NCBI GenBank assembly: GCA_016702305.1 | Contig: JADJEH010000001.1 | Location: forward strand, 395,797-459,796 | Source of the DNA: a bacterium | GTDB taxonomy: Bacteria > Electryoneota > RPQS01 | DNA length: 64,000 nt | Direction: 5' to 3' | Part shown: in pieces, positions 57,239-64,000 of the stretch | Layout: every line of letters starts with the position of its first letter | Position numbering within the stretch: the first letter of the stretch is position 1 | The notes under the pieces: model-generated | Database searches by the model: none | Seen by the model: the letters and a program-made list of their open reading frames with translations, nothing else | What the model was told of the DNA's origin: nothing | Made by a program: the position numbers and the translations under genes

Positions 57239-58856
57239 GTCCGTACTGCTCGCCGCGGCGCTCATGCTCGCACTCGGATCGTGTGCGCGCATGGCGCCGC
57301 CGCCGGGCGGACCCGAGGATAAGACAGCGCCCGAGATTGCACGCAGCGCTCCCGCACATGATGCGGTAAACGTGGCACGCGAGTCGGATGTCTTTATCGA
57401 GTTTTCCGAGCCGGTCAATCGTCCGTCCGTGGAAGCGTCACTCTACATGTCGCCTGAACCCGGGCGGCGTTTGCGTTATCGGTGGTCGGGCAAACGACTG
57501 ACGCTCGACTATCTTGATCCGCTGCCTGAAAATCGCACTGTGGTCGTGACCGTCGGAGCGCAGGCGAAGGACATGCAGGGTAATCCGCTCGAGAGCAGTC
57601 AAACTGTGGCCTTCAGCACGGGTGATCACATTGATCGCGGCAAAGTGGAAGGCCGCGCGCAATTGCCCGAAGGCACACGCACGCTGACAATCACGGCTTA
57701 TCTATTCAGCGATTCGCTGCCGGATCCGATGCGCGATGCGCCGGACTATCGCATGCAGACGTCGCCTGATGGCAGTTTCGAGTTAGGCTATCTTGCACCC
57801 GGACGCTATCGGTTGTTTGCGCTGGATGATCGCAACTTGGACGGATTGTGGATGCCAGCCGGCGAGTGGATCGGGAGCGCCAATCAGGATGTCACGGTAT
57901 CTGAGCTGACCGGACCACGCGTGACATTTGTTCCGACAGAGCAGGATACTAGTCCGGCGATGTTCCTGCGCGCACGACAGGTGCATGCAAGCATGCTTGA
58001 AGTGCGGCTGAACCGTGACGATGCGCCGATGATGTTTAGCGTGTCGGATAGCGCGGGCGCACAGACCGCGCTTTATCATGTTGAAGACACGACAGCGAGC
58101 GGCAGTTGGCGGCTCTATCTGGATCGCGAACTATTCGGCGACAGCGCCGTGGCAGTCGCCGAATTGCTAAACGGTGAGCGGCCGGGGCTGCGGTTTGCCG
58201 TACAGACGAAGCCCGACACATCGCGGCCACACCTGCGTGAAACGCTCCCCGGGCATCGTTCAATAACGCGCGAAATCCCGCGGGAGCTTGTGATAATTTT
58301 TGACGAGCCGATCATGCTGCGCGACGATACGCTGCAAGCGGATCTGCGCGAAGACACGACGCACATCGATTTCACGCTTGAGCAGACGGATCCCGCCGCC
58401 CTCACCGTGATTCCTGCGAGGCCGCTTCGCACAGGTGCCAAGTACAACTTCACCCTGCCGAATTCCCGAGTCTCCGACCGGGCGGGAAATCTGTTCGCTG
58501 ATTCGCTCTTGACAGTTTCCTGGAGCAGTTTTCCGCCAGACTCGCTCGGTAATATTCACGGTGTGATTCGCGCACCCGACAGTGGGCCGTGGCTCGTCGA
58601 ATTGTATCGCGTGAAGGATAGGAAGCCGACGGCGACTGCCTTTGCGAGCGCGCAATTTGACTTCATGGGCTATCCGCAAGGCGACTATCTTGTGCGTGTC
58701 ATTCGCGATGCCAACGCCAATCAACGGTTTGACGCCGGCAGCGTGAATCCCTTCACCTTTTCCGAACCCTTCCAATGGCATCCCGATACGCTCACGATAC
58801 GCGCCCGCTGGACCGCCGACGTTGATTTTCTCTGGACGACTGTAACCCAACAATAA
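57225..58856 (+). CDS. Lipoprotein with SbsA/Big_5-type Ig-like domain
   Basis: TTG 57225 gives MAAIKSVLLAAALMLALGSC (lipobox-like). KTAPEIARSAPAHDAVNVARESDVFIEFSEPVN..VGAQAKDMQGNPL fits the Big_5 pattern. It overlaps the ugd 3' end by 14 nt; the track start 57123 lies deep inside ugd. Confidence 0.6.
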   Translation: MAAIKSVLLAAALMLALGSCARMAPPPGGPEDKTAPEIARSAPAHDAVNVARESDVFIEFSEPVNRPSVEASLYMSPEPGRRLRYRWSGKRLTLDYLDPLPENRTVVVTVGAQAKDMQGNPLESSQTVAFSTGDHIDRGKVEGRAQLPEGTRTLTITAYLFSDSLPDPMRDAPDYRMQTSPDGSFELGYLAPGRYRLFALDDRNLDGLWMPAGEWIGSANQDVTVSELTGPRVTFVPTEQDTSPAMFLRARQVHASMLEVRLNRDDAPMMFSVSDSAGAQTALYHVEDTTASGSWRLYLDRELFGDSAVAVAELLNGERPGLRFAVQTKPDTSRPHLRETLPGHRSITREIPRELVIIFDEPIMLRDDTLQADLREDTTHIDFTLEQTDPAALTVIPARPLRTGAKYNFTLPNSRVSDRAGNLFADSLLTVSWSSFPPDSLGNIHGVIRAPDSGPWLVELYRVKDRKPTATAFASAQFDFMGYPQGDYLVRVIRDANANQRFDAGSVNPFTFSEPFQWHPDTLTIRARWTADVDFLWTTVTQQ

Positions 58857-58857
58857 T

Positions 58858-59928
58858 ATGCTCCATGCAGTGATTATGGCCGGCGGTGTCGGCGCGCGCT
58901 TCTGGCCGCTGTCGCGCCGGAATCGTCCGAAACAGTTGATTGACCTCACGGGCGAAGGGACGATGCTTGAACAGACAATGCTGCGCCTCGATGGACTGGT
59001 CGGGCGCGACAATGTGTGGATCGTGACCAATGCCGATCAAGCCGCCTTGATTCGCGAGATCATGCCGGACTTCCGCCAGGACCGGTTCATCATCGAACCG
59101 CTCGGCCGCAACACCGCACCCGCGATCGGTTTGGCCGCCGTGCACCTGCACAAACAGGATCCCGACGCGGTGATGATTGTGCTGCCCGCCGACCATCGCA
59201 TTACGAATCTTGAGCAGTTCCATTTCTGCTTGCATTCCGCGGTGGAAGTTGTGCACGACTCGGAGCTGCTGGCCACAATCGGAATCGAACCCACGCGGCC
59301 CGAGACGGGCTATGGCTACATTCAGATGGACACAAGCGGCATTCGCCTGCGCGACAATGTCTATCCGGTCAAGACGTTTGCCGAGAAACCGAACTTGGGC
59401 ACGGCCCGGCTGTTCCTGCAAAGCGGAGAGTTTTTGTGGAATAGCGGCATGTTCGTGTGGCGCGCGGATTCAATCTTGAAACAGATCGTCGAGCAGCTCC
59501 CGCTGTGGGGCGTCGCCTTCAAGGAGATCGAAGCGGCAATCGGAACGCCCACTGAACAGGCGGTAACGCGCCGCGTGTTTGAAGCGGGCAAAGGGATTTC
59601 GATCGACTACGGCGTGATGGAAAAAGCACCGCGCGTCGGCGTCGTGCGCGGTACGTTCGACTGGAACGATGTCGGCAGCTGGGACGAAGTGTGGCGGCTG
59701 ATGCCGCACGACGAGCATGGCAACGTCACGCGCGGCAACGTCGTGCTCACGCATACGCATCACACCTGCGTGCTGGGCGGCAAAAAGCTGATCGCAGCGG
59801 TGGGCGTGAGCAATCTGATTATCGTGGAAACGGATGACGCGCTGATGATCTGCCCGCTCGACCGTTCCCAAGAGGTCAAGGACCTGGTGGAAAGCCTGAA
59901 AGCGCAGGGAAAGGATGAGGTGCTCTGA
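58858..59928 (+). CDS. manC: Mannose-1-phosphate guanylyltransferase (no PMI domain)
   Basis: MLHAVIMAGGVGARFWPLSRRNRPKQL, VLPADH, GYGYIQ. Confidence 0.85.
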   Translation: MLHAVIMAGGVGARFWPLSRRNRPKQLIDLTGEGTMLEQTMLRLDGLVGRDNVWIVTNADQAALIREIMPDFRQDRFIIEPLGRNTAPAIGLAAVHLHKQDPDAVMIVLPADHRITNLEQFHFCLHSAVEVVHDSELLATIGIEPTRPETGYGYIQMDTSGIRLRDNVYPVKTFAEKPNLGTARLFLQSGEFLWNSGMFVWRADSILKQIVEQLPLWGVAFKEIEAAIGTPTEQAVTRRVFEAGKGISIDYGVMEKAPRVGVVRGTFDWNDVGSWDEVWRLMPHDEHGNVTRGNVVLTHTHHTCVLGGKKLIAAVGVSNLIIVETDDALMICPLDRSQEVKDLVESLKAQGKDEVL

Positions 59929-60233
59929 TGAAGGCGGCCAAGCTCGCGCAACTGCTTAGTGAAGCGCTCGAAAAGCAGGGCTATCGCATTCGCAACGAAA
60001 AAGGCAATTTTCGCGGCGGACGTTGCATCTTTGAAGAAGAGCGGCTGGTCATCATGAACAAACGCTTCGGTGACGAAGAACGCGCCGAAATTCTGGCGCG
60101 CGCGCTGGCTCGCGAGAATCTGGATGCGCTTTATCTGCTGCCGGAAGTGCGCGATTATGTTGAGCGCTACAGCGATTCGCCGCGCGTCGTGGTGGATCTG
60201 ACGACAAGCGATACGGAGACCGCGCCGAAGTGA
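59928..60233 (+). CDS. Hypothetical small protein (101 aa), start and stop overlap both neighbours
   Basis: An open frame coupled to manC (TGATG) and to meaB (GTGA). No motif recognised. Confidence 0.45.
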   Translation: MKAAKLAQLLSEALEKQGYRIRNEKGNFRGGRCIFEEERLVIMNKRFGDEERAEILARALARENLDALYLLPEVRDYVERYSDSPRVVVDLTTSDTETAPK

Positions 60234-61147
60234 CTGTCGTGGCGTTGACGAATGATATGCTGAGCGGTTCGCGTGCGGCGTTGGCGCGAGTGCTGTCACG
60301 GGTCGAAAATTCACCGACGGGCGCGGATGAGGCGCTGCGGGCGATCGGGAATCGCATTGGCAAGGCCGTGCGTATCGGTTTCACCGGACCGCCCGGCGCG
60401 GGGAAGAGTTCGCTGGTGACATGCTACACGAAACTCTTGCGCAAGCAGGGCAAGCAGGTGGCGATCCTGGCCGTTGATCCGACATCGCCGTTTTCCGGCG
60501 GCGCCCTCTTGGGCGACCGTGTGCGCATGAACTCGATCGGGTTGGATCCCGGCGTGTTCGTGCGTTCGTTGGCGACGCGCGGTGATTTGGGCGGGCTGTC
60601 GCAAGCGGCAGGGGACATGGCGGATGTGATGGACGCCGCGGGCTTTGACTTCATCTTGTTTGAAACGGTTGGCGTGGGGCAATCCGAACTCGAAGTGGTG
60701 CAATATGCCGACACGGTGGTCGTCGTGCTCGTGCCGGAGTCCGGCGACGCGATTCAGGGCATGAAGGCCGGTTTAATGGAAGCCGCCGACGTGTTTTGCG
60801 TCAACAAATCCGACCGCGAAGGCGCCGACCGTTTCATCGGTGATTTGCAGGGCGCGATGGGGCTGAAGATGTGGGACACGTGGACGCCGCCGGTCGTTAC
60901 GACCGTGGCCACCCGCGATCAGGGAACACCTGAGCTCGCCGAGCAGATCGAAGCGCATTTGGACACATTGCGCAAGACCGGCGAATTCGAGAAACGCCGT
61001 CACGCGCACGCCCGCCGCAGGATTCAGCGCATGCTCGAGAAGCGCCTTCTGGCGCAATTCTGGACCAAAGAAAAAGCCGCACTAATGGATGCGGCTCTGG
61101 CAAACGGGGAAAGCCCGTACGGGGTGTTGGGGAAGCTCGTCGGTTAG
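60230..61147 (+). CDS. meaB: MeaB/ArgK-family G3E GTPase (methylmalonyl-CoA mutase-associated)
   Basis: GFTGPPGAGKSSLV, LAVDPTSPFSGGALLGDRVRM, FETVGVGQSE, NKSD. Confidence 0.85.
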   Translation: MTVVALTNDMLSGSRAALARVLSRVENSPTGADEALRAIGNRIGKAVRIGFTGPPGAGKSSLVTCYTKLLRKQGKQVAILAVDPTSPFSGGALLGDRVRMNSIGLDPGVFVRSLATRGDLGGLSQAAGDMADVMDAAGFDFILFETVGVGQSELEVVQYADTVVVVLVPESGDAIQGMKAGLMEAADVFCVNKSDREGADRFIGDLQGAMGLKMWDTWTPPVVTTVATRDQGTPELAEQIEAHLDTLRKTGEFEKRRHAHARRRIQRMLEKRLLAQFWTKEKAALMDAALANGESPYGVLGKLVG

Positions 61148-61149
61148 CG

Positions 61150-62223
61150 CTACTCGGTGTCCTTTTCCCAGGCCTTCGCTTTGTTTGGCTTGAACGGTTC
61201 CTGAGTAAACAGCATCCCGCACGCCGCTTCGTCTTCCACGCCGCGCGACTCGCGCAATGTGCAGCGGATGCCGGCGTCCGTGAGCCAGCCCATGAACCGA
61301 TCTATCGCCGCGTCGCTCGAGGGTTTGAGGCCTGATCCCGTAGGATGCAGGCGAATCAAATTCACTTTAGCGGGAATGTTCTTCAGCCAATCTTCAAGGT
61401 TGTCCACATCCTGGCCGCGGTCGTTGAAATCCGCGATCATGATATATTCGAACGTGACATGATCCCTCGTGTAATGCGCGAATCGGCGCAGCGATTTGAA
61501 CAGCATGTCGAGCGGATAGGCCTTGTTGACCGGCATGATCTGCGCGCGGCGTTCGTCGGTCGTCGCATGTAGCGAGATCGCCAACTTGGCCGGAGGATCG
61601 TCCTGCATCCAGCGTTCAATGCCCGGCACCAGCCCAACCGTTGAAACTGTGATGCGCCGAGCGGATAGCCCGACTCCGTTGGGATCGGCCAGCAACCTGA
61701 CTGCCGCCACGACGTTCTCATAGTTATGCAGCGGCTCGCCCATGCCCATAAACACCACGTTCGTGAGCTTGGTCTCGGCGCGCCGCTCGACCTCCAGAAC
61801 CTGCCCGACGATTTCGCCCACCGTCAGATTCCGGAACAGCCCCATCTTGGCCGTGGCGCAAAACTGACAGCCCAGCGCACAGCCCACCTGACTCGAAATG
61901 CACACCGTTTCCCCCGGCGAATCGGGTAGATAGACCGATTCCACCCGCAGGCCGTCAGCCAACGTAAACAGGAATTTCTGCGACCGATCCTGCGTTAGCT
62001 TGACAGGACGGGCCAATTCAAGACCGCCCACTTCCGCCAGTTCGGGCAGTTTAAGCCGCCACGCGGCGGGTAGATCGGTCATCTGGTCAAAGCTCGTTGC
62101 ACGCTTCTGGTAGATCCAGGTGTAAAGCTGGCGCCCGCGGAACTTGGGCTCGCCCTGTTCAACCGCGAAACTTTCCAGTTCCTCGCGCGTTAACCCGATA
62201 AGTATTTTCTTTTTCAATAACAT
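61150..62223 (-). CDS. rlmN: 23S rRNA/tRNA (adenine-C2)-methyltransferase, radical SAM
   Basis: FRGRQLYTWIY, radical-SAM cluster CALGCQFCATAK, MGMGEPLHN, CGML. Confidence 0.9.
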   Translation of the reverse strand: MLLKKKILIGLTREELESFAVEQGEPKFRGRQLYTWIYQKRATSFDQMTDLPAAWRLKLPELAEVGGLELARPVKLTQDRSQKFLFTLADGLRVESVYLPDSPGETVCISSQVGCALGCQFCATAKMGLFRNLTVGEIVGQVLEVERRAETKLTNVVFMGMGEPLHNYENVVAAVRLLADPNGVGLSARRITVSTVGLVPGIERWMQDDPPAKLAISLHATTDERRAQIMPVNKAYPLDMLFKSLRRFAHYTRDHVTFEYIMIADFNDRGQDVDNLEDWLKNIPAKVNLIRLHPTGSGLKPSSDAAIDRFMGWLTDAGIRCTLRESRGVEDEAACGMLFTQEPFKPNKAKAWEKDTE

Positions 62224-62301
62224 GTGGCCTCGTGTCCGGTTGCTTCAATCTACGAAGCCAAACACCGCCGCGCAAGCCCAACTCGAAGGAATCCCTCCGC
62301 T

Positions 62302-63282
<981 letters not shown>

Positions 63283-63286
63283 TTCC

Positions 63287-64000
63287 TTGTCTTCCCCTCT
63301 TTCCTATCTCGACCCCGCCTTCGTCTCGCGGCTGAAGAACATGCAGCTGCGCGCGCGCATGGTCGTCGAAGGGTTCATGGTCGGCTTACACAAGTCGCCC
63401 TATCACGGCTTCTCCGTTGAATTCGCCGAGCATCGTCCCTACATGGACGGTGATCCGCTGCGCAATCTCGACTGGAAGGTCTATGCCAAGACCGACCGCA
63501 TGTACGTCAAGCAGTACGAAGAAGAGACCAATCTCAAATCGTACATTCTGCTCGACGTATCGAATTCGATGAACTATGGCTCGGGCAAGATCACGAAGTT
63601 CCAATATGCGTCATATCTCGCCGCCGCGTTATCGTTCCTGATGATTCAGCAGCGCGATGCCGTCGGATTGGCCGCCTACGACACGGAGCTCAAGACCTAT
63701 CTGCCGCCGCGTTCGGTACACACGTACCTGAACGTGATTCTGGCGCAGCTCGAGAAGCTCCAGCCCAACGCGCAAACGGACATCGGCAAAAATTTGCACC
63801 GCGTCGCCGAACGAATTTCGCGGCGCGGCTTGATTATCGTCTTGTCTGATTTGATGGATGAGCCGGAACAGATTCTCTCAGGCCTGCGCCACTTCCGCCA
63901 CAACGGCCATGAAGTGCTCGTCCTGCAAATCCTGGATCCGCGCGAAGTGGACTTCGCATTCAGCGGCGACGTCAAATTCAAAGATCTCGAAACTGGCGTC
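63287..64000 (+). CDS. DUF58 (vWA-like) protein, partner of MoxR; runs off the window
   Basis: Not in the ORF track because no stop lies within the window. The frame reads SYLDPAFVSRLKNMQLRARMVVEGFMVGLHKSPYHGFSVEFAEHRPYMDGDPLRNLDWKVYAKTDRMYVKQYEEETN..ILLDVSNSM.., the DUF58 signature. The start is uncertain (TTG 63287 or ATG 63341). Confidence 0.8.
   Translation, partial: MSSPLSYLDPAFVSRLKNMQLRARMVVEGFMVGLHKSPYHGFSVEFAEHRPYMDGDPLRNLDWKVYAKTDRMYVKQYEEETNLKSYILLDVSNSMNYGSGKITKFQYASYLAAALSFLMIQQRDAVGLAAYDTELKTYLPPRSVHTYLNVILAQLEKLQPNAQTDIGKNLHRVAERISRRGLIIVLSDLMDEPEQILSGLRHFRHNGHEVLVLQILDPREVDFAFSGDVKFKDLETGV

Overview
This is a GC-rich bacterial window in which almost every gene from 2.8 to 61.1 kb is on the + strand. 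The left end has two secreted surface-protein genes on the - strand: a 75-aa tandem-repeat protein and a beta-helix protein. Both are broken by 1-nt indels. Housekeeping genes follow (aspS, also frameshifted; phoH-ybeY-corC-like; mazG; hflX), then a polyamine operon (XRE/cupin regulator, speH, pdaD, speE, speB). The centre is one uninterrupted 23.2-kb ORF (15805..39024, about 7,740 aa). It encodes a signal peptide, at least two dozen divergent Ig-like modules, two stand-alone proprotein-convertase P-domains, Ca-loop motifs and a T9SS-type C-terminal sorting domain (CTD). Three same-strand elements follow it: a PorV/PorQ-like beta-barrel fused to an OmpA peptidoglycan-binding domain, an FG-GAP beta-propeller protein, and an orphan T9SS CTD. 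I consider this a candidate cargo-dedicated, non-canonical T9SS secretion/anchoring module and the most interesting thing in the window. Downstream lies a 17-kb surface-glycan cluster: nucleotide-sugar dehydrogenases, epimerases, a DegT aminotransferase, a FemAB-like acyltransferase, a WbaP-type initiating transferase, GDP-heptose genes hddC-hddA-gmhA, ugd and manC. After it come meaB, rlmN (-) and a moxR/DUF58 pair that runs off the right edge. I recognised no tRNA, rRNA, CRISPR array, transposase or integrase. All calls come from reading motifs by eye; no database search or computation was run.
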